The notes beneath the pieces are model-generated. The model was not told where the DNA came from. It did no database searches and worked only from the letters and a program-made list of their open reading frames with translations. 64,000 nucleotides of DNA. It comes from a candidate division FCPU426 bacterium (lineage in GTDB: Bacteria; Oederibacteriota; Muellerivitia; Muellerivitales; Muellerivitaceae). Where the stretch lies: the NCBI GenBank assembly GCA_963796105.1, contig CAWCKJ010000008.1:64001-128000 (forward strand). Reading direction: 5' to 3'. The first letter of the stretch is position 1; every line of letters begins with the position of its first letter. A program made the translations under genes and the position numbers. Below are positions 45,655 to 56,746 of the stretch, in pieces.

Positions 45655-45689
45655 ATAAAAATAGTCCCAATGATCATTGGGACTATTTT
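45655..45689 (-). terminator. Perfect 32-bp palindrome / terminator after rpmE
   Basis: AAAATAGTCCCAATGATCATTGGGACTATTTT (45658-45689), U-tract on the minus strand. Confidence 0.75.
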
Positions 45690-45705
45690 ATGTTGGTGTG
45701 ATTAA

Positions 45706-46017
45706 CTATGAATTTCTATCGGCGGGAGGAGGGGCGGCCAAGCGTTTGGACTTCTTCGCGGCGGCGGCGACGGCTTTCGCTTCCTCGCGGGCTTTATGTT
45801 CGGCTTGAACAGTAGCGGCCGTCGCCGATTTTTTCTGGAATTTCTCAACCCGGCCGGCTATATCCAGGTATTTCATTTTTCCGGTGAAGAAAGGATGACA
45901 AGCCGAGCAAACCTCGACTGAATAGGCTTCGCCTTTCGTGGAGGCTGTTTCGATGACATTACCGCACGCGCAAGAGATCTTGGTCTGAAAGTATTTGGGA
46001 TGAATTCCCGGTTTCAT
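45706..46017 (-). CDS. rpmE: 50S ribosomal protein L31 (Zn-binding type) with Ala/Lys-rich tail
   Basis: [29 protein letters not shown]. Confidence 0.96.
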   Translation of the reverse strand: MKPGIHPKYFQTKISCACGNVIETASTKGEAYSVEVCSACHPFFTGKMKYLDIAGRVEKFQKKSATAATVQAEHKAREEAKAVAAAAKKSKRLAAPPPADRNS

Positions 46018-46324
46018 GGTAAAGCTCCGTATGCATTTGAATTGTTGAATTGCGTTTAACTCGCTTTAACAACAGTGGCATAGTTTATTCAAAAAACAAA
46101 AAAAATCAATATTCGATTCTAAAAGGGTTTAGACAATATAGGCGTAAAAGGGCGTAGAGCAAGCGCCTTAAAGGAATATAACATGAGGTGATGTTGTTGC
46201 CAAAATCACTTTTTGCTGAAAAGTGGCTGAATGATGATGGGAATTTCTATATAGTACTTTTGCTTTTAAACAGTATTTGATTGAAAAGCCTGTTGTTGGA
46301 TTAAATCAATAGAGGTGAAAAACG

Positions 46325-46657
46325 ATGGACACGCTTTACGCACAAACAACTTCGCCGGCTGCGGCCTCCGCGCCGGGAGCCTCATCCACGACCGCAGGGT
46401 TGATCTCTTTTTTCCCCATAGTTTTGATAATGGTATTGTTTTATTTCCTAATGATCCATCCCCAAAATAAAGAACGGAAAAAAAAGGAGGAAATGCTGAA
46501 TAATATCCAACGAGGCGACAGGGTCCTAACCAGGGGTGGAGTTTTCGCCACGGTTGCGGATATCAAAGAAAAAATTCTGATTCTTAAGATAAACGAAAAC
46601 ACGAAAATAGAAGTTGACCGTGCTTACATTGATTCAGTCCAGAAACAAGGGGTGTAA
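46325..46657 (+). CDS. yajC: Preprotein translocase subunit YajC
   Basis: FYFLMIHPQ, GDRVLTRGG. Confidence 0.92.
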   Translation: MDTLYAQTTSPAAASAPGASSTTAGLISFFPIVLIMVLFYFLMIHPQNKERKKKEEMLNNIQRGDRVLTRGGVFATVADIKEKILILKINENTKIEVDRAYIDSVQKQGV

Positions 46658-46913
46658 AAGCAAGTCGGATCCAAATGATAATTTAGACTTAAGGGTAAAC
46701 AACTAACCGTGTGATGGACATTCTAGTCAACAAATTAATTTTACCCAATATGAGAATTGCCTGATTTTTAAAGAATTTGTTTTATAAAATATTTTGGGCA
46801 ATGTCTGACAAAGCAAGAGTTCATGGAATTTTCTCAAATGAAAATTTGCGTTGTTATTTATTTTTAAACCGTTTGAGTTGATTTAAAGGGATTTCTTTGT
46901 TTTTAGGTTTATA

Positions 46914-48557
46914 CCTGAATTTTGCGCCTAATAAAAAAACCATCTAGGAAACCATTATAGGATAAGGGTTGCGAAGCCAACTCATCCTAAAAGAGGGTCC
47001 CCCAGATGGTGAAACGTCAAGATACGCCTCAGAAATCAAACCCGCAAGTCCAGAAAAAAGCCAATCGAAACGGGAGAATCGCGCCCAAGATTACGGCCAA
47101 TACTCCCGTAGGTATTTGCGAAGACCGCCTAACAGCTTTTGGCGGATTGTTGGCATTGGCGAAGATGTTCGACCTTCTTGATTTTGAGCGGGAATTCAAA
47201 AAACACTATGCCGCACCTAAACGCCTTCCGAATTTGGGCCACTACCGGATGGTAAGCGGCATCCTAATGCTTCTTTTCATCGGGTTCCAAAGACTTGGCC
47301 ATTTTGCCTACCTGCGGGGTGAGGTCATGCTGTGCGGTTTACTGCGGGTTCCCTTGTTGCCGGTAGTGACAACTTTTTGGAGATACCTGAGGTCGCTGGG
47401 GATCGGGCAGTCGGCATCGTTGCTGAATCTGAGTGGGGCGTTACGGGCCAAGGTTTGGGGACAGGTGAAATATGCCCCCAAGAAGGTGGAGATCAACATC
47501 GATACCACCACCGCAACGGTCTACGGAAATATCGAGGGAAGCCGAAAAGGATACAACCCCAAGCACCGGGGCAAGAAGGGACTGAGGCCCATTCTGTGTT
47601 TTCTCCAGGAAACCCGGGAATATTTGTGCGGAACCCAAAGACGCGGAACCACCCTTAGTTCTGAGGAAGTGGCCCGCCAAATTAGACAATTCCGGCGACT
47701 CTTGCCGTCCTGTGTCCGGACGATTCTGGTGCGCGGTGACGGTGAAATGATCGGCTGGGAAAGCGTGAAAGCCTGTGAAAAAGAAGGGTTTTCTTTCATC
47801 TTCGGGAACAAGCGGCATGACCCGCCTTTCACGAAAAAGGGTTGGTACCGCCATGGAGAACACGAATACAACGAATGTGTCCATCAACCCATAGGCTGGC
47901 AACAACCAGTCCGGTTTGTGGCGATGAGGACGCTGGATGAAAAAGCGCGGGAGAAACAATTGAGCCTTCCTGAAATGGAAGGATATGTCTACCGAATCTT
48001 CGCGACCAACTGTCTGGGAGCACCCCATCGGGTGGTTGAGGAATACGACCTGCGCGCGGATGTGGAAAACCTGATTGGTGAGGCGCAACGGGAGGGGTTA
48101 TTAGCAATTCCCTCTAAGAGTTTCCAAAGCCACCATGCTTTTTTCCAGATCGTGATGCTGGCTTACAACCTCTGGAGGTGGATGAAACTAATGGTGGGCC
48201 ATTGTGGAAAAGAAAAGCGACCGGGAAAGAAGCCACAGGAGAAGGAACAGATCACCATGCCGGACCATACCCTTCGGATCGCACGTTTGAAGATGCTCTT
48301 TGTAGCCGCCCGAATCCAGTATCACGGCCATCGGGATGTGGTGAGGTATTCAATCCATGATGATAGGACAGCGGGCCTATTGGGTTTCCTCAAATACCTT
48401 GATCGAAAACGATTGGAAAGACCCAGGGCGGCCTAGAAGTGGCTTGGTGCAAAAAATTCTTTGCACATAAGTTCACTTCTGATGAAAATGGCCACTGTCG
48501 GGTCCCGATTCAGGCCGATCTGGCCACGGAATCGGTAAACTCGGTGCAAAATTCAGG
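46914..48557 (+). mobile_element. IS1380 family element, 1644 bp
   Basis: TIRs CCTGAATTTTGCGCC / GGTGCAAAATTCAGG; 5-bp TSD TTATA (46909-46913, 48558-48562). Confidence 0.92.
47006..48436 (+). CDS. IS1380 family transposase
   Basis: LTAFGGL, IDTT..YGNIEG..GYN, VRGDGE, YDLRADVENLI, LAYNL. Confidence 0.9.
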   Translation: MVKRQDTPQKSNPQVQKKANRNGRIAPKITANTPVGICEDRLTAFGGLLALAKMFDLLDFEREFKKHYAAPKRLPNLGHYRMVSGILMLLFIGFQRLGHFAYLRGEVMLCGLLRVPLLPVVTTFWRYLRSLGIGQSASLLNLSGALRAKVWGQVKYAPKKVEINIDTTTATVYGNIEGSRKGYNPKHRGKKGLRPILCFLQETREYLCGTQRRGTTLSSEEVARQIRQFRRLLPSCVRTILVRGDGEMIGWESVKACEKEGFSFIFGNKRHDPPFTKKGWYRHGEHEYNECVHQPIGWQQPVRFVAMRTLDEKAREKQLSLPEMEGYVYRIFATNCLGAPHRVVEEYDLRADVENLIGEAQREGLLAIPSKSFQSHHAFFQIVMLAYNLWRWMKLMVGHCGKEKRPGKKPQEKEQITMPDHTLRIARLKMLFVAARIQYHGHRDVVRYSIHDDRTAGLLGFLKYLDRKRLERPRAA

Positions 48558-48620
48558 TTATAATTAATATATGAAAAAGCGAATATTGAATGTCCTTCTA
48601 AAAAAACGGAAAAGTGAATT

Positions 48621-49160
48621 ATGAATGAAATTATGACCGCCCAGGAATTATCGGCTTACCTTAAAATCACTACTACAACCATTTATAAATTGGCACAGCA
48701 GGGCGTGATTCCCGCTTTTAAAATTGGAAGTGAATGGCGGTTTAAAAAAGAATTAATTGATCGTTGGCTTGAGAAAGGGATCGGGACTAATCAAAAAAAA
48801 GTTTTGGTTGTGGATGATGAAACGGCCATTTGCGAATTGTTTTTGAGGGCGTTGGATAAAAAGAGTTATTCCGTGGACATGGCGCATTCTGGCCTAGAGG
48901 CTATCACCGCAGCCTCCCGAATTTCCTATGATTTTATTTTCCTGGATTTAAAAATGCTCGGCATGAATGGGGTGGAAGTATTCAAGGAAATCAAAAAACT
49001 AAATTTAAGATCCCTCGTTGTAATTGTGACTGCTTACCCGGATAGCGAACTTCTTGTGGAAGCCATGAAACTAGGACCTCTTACTGTTGTTTTAAAGCCT
49101 TTTGACCTTTCTGAAATTCAAAGATCAGTTGAATCTTTGGTTTTGATGACCTCCCGATAA
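48621..49160 (+). CDS. Response regulator: excisionase-like HTH (HTH_17) + receiver domain
   Basis: IMTAQELSAYLK..IPAFKIGSEWRF; VLVVDDE, FLDLKM, VTAY, KPF. Confidence 0.9.
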   Translation: MNEIMTAQELSAYLKITTTTIYKLAQQGVIPAFKIGSEWRFKKELIDRWLEKGIGTNQKKVLVVDDETAICELFLRALDKKSYSVDMAHSGLEAITAASRISYDFIFLDLKMLGMNGVEVFKEIKKLNLRSLVVIVTAYPDSELLVEAMKLGPLTVVLKPFDLSEIQRSVESLVLMTSR

Positions 49161-49436
49161 ATTCCTGGATAATAGATGTTCCGTTTTTTCTGCCTTTTTA
49201 GACCAAACCCCAACAAGGAATAATTGCAGTGTTTTCAGGAATTTCCTGAAAAAAATATATGATTAATAAAAAAGTGGAATATATTTGTACTGGGGAGGCT
49301 TTTTAATGATTTTAAATTATGTTTCTATGGTTGTTTAGAAATTTAGAAAATCAAATAATAAAATTAAGAATTTAATATTATTTTACTTTAAGGTTTGGAA
49401 TGTTTTCGTTGTTAAAAGGCATAGGAAAAACAGAAT

Positions 49437-50159
49437 ATGAAACATCAGACACATTCGAAATCAATTTCCGGATTTAGGAGAGTCAACCATAAGGGCTTGA
49501 TTTCTCCATGCCTAATAGGGTTGACAGGAGGATTGAGTGCTGGAAAAAGTCTTGCTTTAAACATAATTAAATCCAAGGGAATCCCAACTCTCCAAACGGA
49601 TACGATAGGACATGATTGTTTAAAAAATGATAAAACAATAAATCAAATTACTAAGAGGTTAGGCAAAGGAATACTTGATTCCCGTCATGGGATTGATCGG
49701 CAAAAACTTGCGAAGTTGGTTTTTAATCATCCTAGCAAACTGCGAATTTTAAACCACTTATTACATCCTTTGATTATGAAAAAAGTCGAAAGATGGCTTG
49801 CGGAATTGACCACAAACAAAAAGAAGCCTTTTACCGCAGTGGTAGAAATACCCCTTTTATTCGAGTGTGGGTATGAACGAATTTTTGACGGTGTATTAAG
49901 CGTTTCCGCCTCGAAAATCACTCGACATAAGCGCTTTAATGCGAAAAAAAGTACAATGGGCGATATTACGAAAAGGGAGAAATCGCAATGGGCCCAAAAC
50001 AGAAAGAATAATAAAGCGAATTGGGTGATTTTCAACAATGGATCCCGGAATGCTTTAAAATATTCAATACTTGAATGGTTGAGAACGATTCGGTCTCTTG
50101 CTGAACAGCAATTTCCTTACGGGGTTTTTACCGCAAGGAAATATTTCGGGAAAAAATAA
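49437..50159 (+). CDS. coaE: Dephospho-CoA kinase
   Basis: IGLTGGLSAGKS, IDRQKL, LLHP, EIPLLFE; start uncertain. Confidence 0.9.
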   Translation: MKHQTHSKSISGFRRVNHKGLISPCLIGLTGGLSAGKSLALNIIKSKGIPTLQTDTIGHDCLKNDKTINQITKRLGKGILDSRHGIDRQKLAKLVFNHPSKLRILNHLLHPLIMKKVERWLAELTTNKKKPFTAVVEIPLLFECGYERIFDGVLSVSASKITRHKRFNAKKSTMGDITKREKSQWAQNRKNNKANWVIFNNGSRNALKYSILEWLRTIRSLAEQQFPYGVFTARKYFGKK

Positions 50160-51616
50160 TGGAATCAAAAAACATATTTTTGTTTATTGCGAATTGGACG
50201 AATTATAGGAAGTGGACTTTAGTTCTAAGTTTGTTTTTTATAATCATTCTTACGAGTTATTTTATTTTTCAACATAATGGAAATCTTTTTTCCGGCCTTC
50301 TCCTATTCTATGTTCCACTTACTCTTTCGGCTGTCATTCTTAATATAACCGTAACAACCGTCTTAACTGTTTTCATGATCCTTTTTTCGCTTTATTTTCT
50401 GACCGCGATTTCCGCCCCGGCTTGGGAACCCGCCATTTTAATATTAAGCGCGGCTATCAATTATTTTTATTGGTATTACTGGATTAGGGATAAAGAAAAT
50501 CAGGAATTCCATTATTTGAAATCAATGGAAGATTTGGAATTGAACTCCAATGATACACATTTATCCCATGAAAAAGTGAAAGTCGCTTTTCAAGCTAATC
50601 AAATCAAGATCCAACGTTATACCGCGCTTAATGAGTTAGCGCGAAGTCTCGCGATGGTTTTCAAAACTCAAGATGTTGTGATTCTTTTGATTGAAACAAT
50701 ATCAAAAACGTTTATGGCTCCAGGAGGGGTTTACACTCTGCTTTTATTTGACAGTAGTATTGGCAAATCCCTGCATGCGGTTCGTTACAGCGTGGACACC
50801 GAAATGGATGTGCGGTTGAATAGAGAAAGATTGAACCCGAATGAGGCCTTTAACGCCTGGGTGATTGCCCAGTTCAAGCCCCTTTTTGTAAGCGACACTT
50901 TCAATGATTTTCGATTCCAGAATCTGATCGCTGAAAGTGGGGTTCAAAGCCTGGTTTCAGCGCCGCTTATGGCCGGCAATGTGATATTGGGGCTCATTAG
51001 AATGGAAAGTTGCTTTGGGGGTGTTTTCCGGCAAGACGACGCGAGGCTTCTATCTAATTTCGCGGATCTTGGAACCGTCGCCCTGGAACACGTGGCTCTT
51101 TATAGACAAACAATCGAATTGGCTATTACCGATGGATTGACAGGGTTATATGTTCAACGCTATTACAAGGAAAGAGTGCGGGATGAGGTATACCGAGCTT
51201 TGGAACATAAGCTTCCTTTGAGTTTATTAATGATAGATGTGGATAATTTCAAGAGTTATAACGATCGGTATGGCCATTTGGTAGGAGACAGGGTTTTAAA
51301 AGTTGTGGCTCAAGTATTAAAAGAAACCGTGAGGACTGTTGATTTAGTCGCTCGTTATGGGGGAGAGGAGTTCTCCGTCCTATTGTTAAAAACACCAGGT
51401 CTAGGGGCGCAAACGGTCGCAGAGAGAATTCTGCAAAAAGTGGCGGAACAAGAAATCATTGCGGCTGGTCAGACAACCCACATCACCGTAAGCATCGGAG
51501 TAGCCGAGTTAAGGGATACTTATAAAGATGTTGAATCTTTTATCCGTCCCGCTGATCAAGCCCTTTATCAAGCGAAAGCTGATGGAAAAAATTGTGTTCG
51601 ACTTTCTAACGAATAA
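50159..51616 (+). CDS. Membrane-anchored GAF-GGDEF diguanylate cyclase 1
   Basis: TM region, GAF, TDGLTG, DVDNFK, RTVD I-site, RYGGEEF. Confidence 0.93.
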   Translation: MESKNIFLFIANWTNYRKWTLVLSLFFIIILTSYFIFQHNGNLFSGLLLFYVPLTLSAVILNITVTTVLTVFMILFSLYFLTAISAPAWEPAILILSAAINYFYWYYWIRDKENQEFHYLKSMEDLELNSNDTHLSHEKVKVAFQANQIKIQRYTALNELARSLAMVFKTQDVVILLIETISKTFMAPGGVYTLLLFDSSIGKSLHAVRYSVDTEMDVRLNRERLNPNEAFNAWVIAQFKPLFVSDTFNDFRFQNLIAESGVQSLVSAPLMAGNVILGLIRMESCFGGVFRQDDARLLSNFADLGTVALEHVALYRQTIELAITDGLTGLYVQRYYKERVRDEVYRALEHKLPLSLLMIDVDNFKSYNDRYGHLVGDRVLKVVAQVLKETVRTVDLVARYGGEEFSVLLLKTPGLGAQTVAERILQKVAEQEIIAAGQTTHITVSIGVAELRDTYKDVESFIRPADQALYQAKADGKNCVRLSNE

Positions 51617-51650
51617 CCATGTATACCCTTTGGTTCAGTTGAATTAATGA

Positions 51651-53057
51651 ATGGAGTTTTTAGTGTCTGAAATTTTAAAAAGACTTCTCGGAGCTATTTT
51701 GGGACTCGCCTTTCTAGCCCTCGGACTTGACCCCAATCGGGGAGTAATTTATTTTTCGTTGCCAATTTTTTTCATGATTCCCATGCGTTATAAATTTCCC
51801 ACAATTGCCATGTGGTTTTTTATTGTTTTTGTTGTTGGGTCATTAATCGGGGAATTCGGGTTCAATCATTTCAACACTTTTTTGATTTACCCTGAAATAG
51901 CGGCAATTGTGTTTTTATTCCTGACCCCAAATTATATAAGGGCGAGAAAGGAAATAGCTGAAATGACCTTCACTACCTCGTTTGCCTCTAAACAAAATGA
52001 ATTTAACATTCTTAAAATTGAGGCGGAGGGCCTAAAAAAAGAAAACAATCAAATTGAAAAGCAACTTCGGCAGATTGAGCATTTATATGATGTCATCAAG
52101 GAAGCGGGAAGTACCCTTAATGTGCAAGAAATGATTGAGCTCGCGAAGGAATTTACGGAACGGATGTTCGATCTGCCCCATTTTATAATTGCGGCTCTTA
52201 CAAATGATGGGAGGAAATTCGAGGTTCAAATTTCCTCCGGCTGTGATGATATATTTTTAAAATCGTTAGAAATAGATTTGGAGTCTGACGAAATTGGATC
52301 GGTTTTGGCCCGAGAAAAAAAACCTGTTTGGTTTTCGAGCTTTAGCGAGGATTCTCGGTTTTCCAAATTGGTTCATTACTCTATTCGAGCTTTCTTATTC
52401 TTGCCTTTTCTCGTTCAAGACCGTGTCATTGGTTTTCTTTGCTCATATTCTTTAAATAATGATTTTTTAGATGGCGAGAAATTTTCAAATTTACAGGTCT
52501 TCTGCAATCAAATTTCCATAGGACTCCAGAAATCCATGCTATATGAACGGGTTCAAAAACTTTCTATTACCGACGGTCTTACGAAACTCTATTCATACCG
52601 TTATTTCAAGCAACGACTGGAAGAGGAACTGATATTGGCAAACCGTTATTCCTCTCAGTTAAGTCTTTTAATACTCGATATCGATCATTTTAAGCATTAT
52701 AACGACACTTTTGGCCACGTAGCGGGAGACCATGTTTTAATGGAGGTGGCGAAAATATTAAAAGAACAATCCGATATCACTCATTTAGCCGCACGATATG
52801 GGGGTGAAGAAATGGTTTTGGTAGCTTCCGAAACTACGAAAGAACAAGCCATGGATTTGGCTGAAAAAATCCGGGAAAAAATCGAGAGCCACTCTGTTGC
52901 GGTTGGAAAAGAAACTACTAACGTGACGGTTTCAATTGGGGTGGCGACCTTTCCTCAAGATTCTCAAACGAATTTAGACTTAATCGCCAAAGCCGATAAA
53001 GCTTTATATGCGGCTAAATCGCGTGGTCGGAATAGGATTGTAGCCTATCCAATTTAA
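51651..53057 (+). CDS. Membrane-anchored GAF-GGDEF diguanylate cyclase 2
   Basis: TM region, coiled coil, GAF, TDGLT, DIDHFK, RYGGEEM; no RxxD. Confidence 0.9.
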   Translation: MEFLVSEILKRLLGAILGLAFLALGLDPNRGVIYFSLPIFFMIPMRYKFPTIAMWFFIVFVVGSLIGEFGFNHFNTFLIYPEIAAIVFLFLTPNYIRARKEIAEMTFTTSFASKQNEFNILKIEAEGLKKENNQIEKQLRQIEHLYDVIKEAGSTLNVQEMIELAKEFTERMFDLPHFIIAALTNDGRKFEVQISSGCDDIFLKSLEIDLESDEIGSVLAREKKPVWFSSFSEDSRFSKLVHYSIRAFLFLPFLVQDRVIGFLCSYSLNNDFLDGEKFSNLQVFCNQISIGLQKSMLYERVQKLSITDGLTKLYSYRYFKQRLEEELILANRYSSQLSLLILDIDHFKHYNDTFGHVAGDHVLMEVAKILKEQSDITHLAARYGGEEMVLVASETTKEQAMDLAEKIREKIESHSVAVGKETTNVTVSIGVATFPQDSQTNLDLIAKADKALYAAKSRGRNRIVAYPI

Positions 53058-53087
53058 ACGGTAAAATGTAAAGACCCGGAAAAAAAG

Positions 53088-53116
53088 TTGACACCCTATA
53101 AAGCCTTCAGTAGGAT
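53088..53116 (+). promoter_or_regulatory. sigma70 promoter for rho
   Basis: TTGACA-N17-TAGGAT preceded by an A-tract. Confidence 0.7.
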
Positions 53117-53357
53117 GTTGCCGTTGGTGAAAGTTCCTTTTCTTATCTCTTTTACTCCCGACATTGGTCCCTTGATTTCATAATCGTTCTTTTGACGCAA
53201 TGTAAATAGGGAATTCCCAGATTAGCATATTTAAGCCATTTCGACCCCGAAATTTTCATGGATGAATTCACATTAAAAATCAATCCGATTTAAAAATACG
53301 ATTGTTACCCGACAATTTTCGTTTGGGAAACAATGAACGGAAAGGAAATTAGCAGTT

Positions 53358-54617
53358 ATGGATATAGCTGATTTAAAAAAGAAAAATATAGCTGAGTTGA
53401 CTGATGTCGCCCGGGAGTTGAAGATTGAAGATGTCGGATCCATGAAAAAACAGGATTTGATATTCAAAATTCTTGAAACACAGACGCAAAGAAACGGGGT
53501 CATTAACGCTGAGGGAGTACTAGAAATTCTTCCTGATGGTTTTGGCTTCCTGAGATCTGCCAACTACAATTATTTGCCGGGCCCGGATGACATCTATGTT
53601 TCCCCATCTCAAATTCGAAGGTTTAATTTGCGAACAGGCGATACGGTTACCGGTCAAGTTCGCCCGCCAAAAGAAGGTGAAAGATATTTTGCTCTTTTAA
53701 AAGTCGATAGTATTAATTTCGAGCCGCCTGAAGCTATAAAACACAAGGTACTGTTCGATAATCTTACCCCGATTTACCCCAATAAAAGAATTTGGCTTGA
53801 AACGACGCAAGAAGATCTTTCCATGAGAGTTATGGATCTTTTAATCCCGTTGGGAAAAGGCCAGAGGGGTTTAGTGGTTTCGCCGCCGCGCGCAGGAAAG
53901 ACAATTTTATTGCAAAAAATCGCCAACAGCATCACGAAAAACCACCCTGAGGTGTATTTGATCGTTCTTTTAATTGACGAACGACCAGAAGAAGTGACTG
54001 ATATGCAACGTTCTGTAAAAGGGGAAGTTGTTTCATCGACTTTTGATGAACCGCCGGAGCGCCATGTAACTGTTGCGGAAATAATTATCGAGAAAGCCAA
54101 ACGTTTAGTGGAGCATAAAAAAGATGTGGTCATTCTTCTGGATTCCATTACTCGTTTGGGTAGAGCCTATAACACTATTGTCCCGCCTTCTGGGAAGGTT
54201 TTATCCGGGGGTGTGGATTCTAACGCTCTTCAACGGCCAAAACGTTTTTTCGGGGCTGCTCGAGACATTGAAGAAGGGGGTAGCTTGACCATTATCGCTA
54301 CGGCGCTCATAGATACAGGAAGCCGAATGGATGAAGTGATTTTCGAAGAATTCAAGGGAACTGGAAACATGGAAATCATTTTGGATAGGAAACTTGCAGA
54401 CAGACGCGTATTTCCCGCATTTGACATTACTCGATCAGGAACTCGCCGTGAAGAACTCTTGTTAACAGAGGAGGAATTAAACAAAGTTTGGATTTTGAGA
54501 AAAATTCTCAATCCAAACAATCCTGTTGAAGCAATGGAATTTCTTCTTGATAAAATGAGACGTGCGAAAACCAACAAAGCCTTTTTGGATTCCATGAAGG
54601 GGACGGTAAACGATTAA
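53358..54617 (+). CDS. rho: Transcription termination factor Rho
   Basis: [42 protein letters not shown]. Confidence 0.99.
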   Translation: MDIADLKKKNIAELTDVARELKIEDVGSMKKQDLIFKILETQTQRNGVINAEGVLEILPDGFGFLRSANYNYLPGPDDIYVSPSQIRRFNLRTGDTVTGQVRPPKEGERYFALLKVDSINFEPPEAIKHKVLFDNLTPIYPNKRIWLETTQEDLSMRVMDLLIPLGKGQRGLVVSPPRAGKTILLQKIANSITKNHPEVYLIVLLIDERPEEVTDMQRSVKGEVVSSTFDEPPERHVTVAEIIIEKAKRLVEHKKDVVILLDSITRLGRAYNTIVPPSGKVLSGGVDSNALQRPKRFFGAARDIEEGGSLTIIATALIDTGSRMDEVIFEEFKGTGNMEIILDRKLADRRVFPAFDITRSGTRREELLLTEEELNKVWILRKILNPNNPVEAMEFLLDKMRRAKTNKAFLDSMKGTVND

Positions 54618-54620
54618 ATC

Positions 54621-55550
54621 ATGGAGCCGCTTCTGAGGCGAGTTTATATTGCTGTTTCATCAATCCTTCTAATTCTTTGGTTTTCTATGTTGTTCTTTGC
54701 TGGCAATGATTACGAGACGAAAATATATGATTGGTTAATACCATCATCGTCAGTATATACCAAAGAATTACAAGACTTTATTCCGACCTTAACAGTTAAA
54801 GGTGTTGGATTTACGATTTATCATACAAAATCCGGAGAAACTTTTTCCGCGTTGGCCTCTCGATTTCATGTTTCGGAACAAGCCCTTCGTAGTTTGAATC
54901 AGGCTAATTTCAATGTTGAGCCTGGATCCGATACCGCTGTTATTATTCCTTCTAAAAATGGAATTTATCATATCGTGAGGCAGGGGCAAGGGCTTGCGGA
55001 TATTGCCCGAGCTTATAGGGCTCCGTTAAAGGAAATATTGAGGGCTAACCAAATAAAAGGGGACGAGGATCTTCGACCGGGAGAGATTTTGTTTCTCCCG
55101 CAGGCTCGTTATATAACCAGGAATGATTTTCACTGGATAACATTATGTTCAATTCAGTCGCAAAAAGGTTTTCTTAAACCCACGACAGGACGATTCGCGG
55201 ATGGATTTGGGATGCGCAGGCATCCGATAACAGGGAAAATGGCATTTCATTATGGTTTGGATTTGGCTCCTGGTTGGCGGGCAAGGGTAGTGGCTTCCCA
55301 GGATGGGCGAGTTGATTTTGCTGGAATTAAACCTGGTTTTGGCAGATTAATTGTTTTAAATCATGGAAATGGCCTTACCTCCTGGTATGCCCACTTGGAT
55401 CAGATTTTCGTGAAATTAAAGGAAAATGTGAAAAAGGGAACTTTAATTGGAAAAGTTGGAAAAAGCGGAAAAGTTACAGGGCCTCACCTGCATTTTGAAA
55501 TAAGGCTTAATGGGAAGCCCCAAAACCCGTTGCTTTATTTGGCAAAATAA
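54621..55550 (+). CDS. LysM-LysM-M23 peptidase
   Basis: Two LysM-like repeats, HYGLD, YAHL, TGPHLHFE. Confidence 0.92.
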   Translation: MEPLLRRVYIAVSSILLILWFSMLFFAGNDYETKIYDWLIPSSSVYTKELQDFIPTLTVKGVGFTIYHTKSGETFSALASRFHVSEQALRSLNQANFNVEPGSDTAVIIPSKNGIYHIVRQGQGLADIARAYRAPLKEILRANQIKGDEDLRPGEILFLPQARYITRNDFHWITLCSIQSQKGFLKPTTGRFADGFGMRRHPITGKMAFHYGLDLAPGWRARVVASQDGRVDFAGIKPGFGRLIVLNHGNGLTSWYAHLDQIFVKLKENVKKGTLIGKVGKSGKVTGPHLHFEIRLNGKPQNPLLYLAK

Positions 55551-55675
55551 TTCTCATGGTGTTTAACTATTAAAAAAGGATTAGGAAGAATTAATACATG
55601 ATTTAGGAAATATTTCTTGATTATTGTGCATTATGGGAAGAAAGAGTATTTAGCTTTTTTCAAATATAAAATTTT

Positions 55676-56663
55676 CATGCCTATCCGAACAACGCTTGCG
55701 CAGTAATGGGTTTTGCCAAAGCGCAAGCGGTTAAGGCCCGGTGAAATAAGGAATCTGGGTCATGGCGACGATTGAACCGATAAGTATATTCGCTCAAGTA
55801 TCCAGGCAGATATTTCACGTTGACTCCATGATGGGTTCCTAGGATCCAAGCCTTGGCGTTGGAAATGAATCGGTGGACCCAAGGTAACCAGTGATTTAAC
55901 ACCACTGGGTCATTGGCTGTTACCTGGTACTCCACATCCACGTTTTCCAAGTTTCTCAAGCTGGGACTGGCATCCGTGTTTATCATGGCGCCTTTCTGGA
56001 TTGCTTGATCGACGAATGCTTGGGCTTCCCACTTGGTTTCTGCGGTCACCTTTATCTTTGCAAAACCCGCTTTCTCTTTTTTGCGCCCTTTCTCATCTAT
56101 CCATTCTTTGCTTTCAACCGCCACCAGCACTTCAGCCTGGTTTTCCTTTTCTCTCTTGCCGAATACAGCCCCATCCAACTCAATGATTTCCTTGAGTTGG
56201 TAATTTTCATCCCTTTGTCGAAGACTTTCCCGAATCTTATGCAACATCCTCCAAACGGTATCGTAGGAGGGCATTCCCAATTGCCGCTGAAGTTCCAGGG
56301 CTGAAATGCCCCTTTTCCCTTGCATCACCAATCCAATCATCCTCAACCAGGTTAAGATTGGGATCTTGGATTTCCGGAAGATCGTTCCGGCTCGAAGCCG
56401 TATTTGCTTTCGACAATAGTCACATTCCCGCACTTCGGGGCGGTTTTTGTGTTGCCAGAAACTTTCTCCTTCACATTGTGGGCAAACAAAGTCTTTTCCG
56501 GCAAAACGGCTCTTCCACACCCATTGACGTGCCTTTTCTTCTGTATCGATTTCCTTGAAAATCTCAATCCCCTTCATCCGTTGGTAGTTCATAATTTGCC
56601 CCTCCAACAATGAGTATACTCCTGTATTCCTTTATTTCAACAGGTACCGTTTGGAGAGGCATT
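55676..56663 (-). mobile_element. IS1595 family element (diverged relative of copies 1/2), 988 bp
   Basis: 8-bp TSD AAAATTTT (55668-55675, 56664-56671); ends CATGCCTATCCGAAC / GTTTGGAGAGGCATT. Confidence 0.93.
55681..56592 (-). CDS. IS1595 family transposase
   Basis: Homologous over its full length to 29434-30342; ATG 56592 follows GGAGG. Confidence 0.94.
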   Translation of the reverse strand: MNYQRMKGIEIFKEIDTEEKARQWVWKSRFAGKDFVCPQCEGESFWQHKNRPEVRECDYCRKQIRLRAGTIFRKSKIPILTWLRMIGLVMQGKRGISALELQRQLGMPSYDTVWRMLHKIRESLRQRDENYQLKEIIELDGAVFGKREKENQAEVLVAVESKEWIDEKGRKKEKAGFAKIKVTAETKWEAQAFVDQAIQKGAMINTDASPSLRNLENVDVEYQVTANDPVVLNHWLPWVHRFISNAKAWILGTHHGVNVKYLPGYLSEYTYRFNRRHDPDSLFHRALTACALAKPITAQALFG

Positions 56664-56746
56664 AAAATTTTATGTCGCTAGGGGAGTTCAATCAGAATGA
56701 AAAATCGCCTCATCAAATTGGTCTCTGCGAAAACAGCAAAGAAAGA

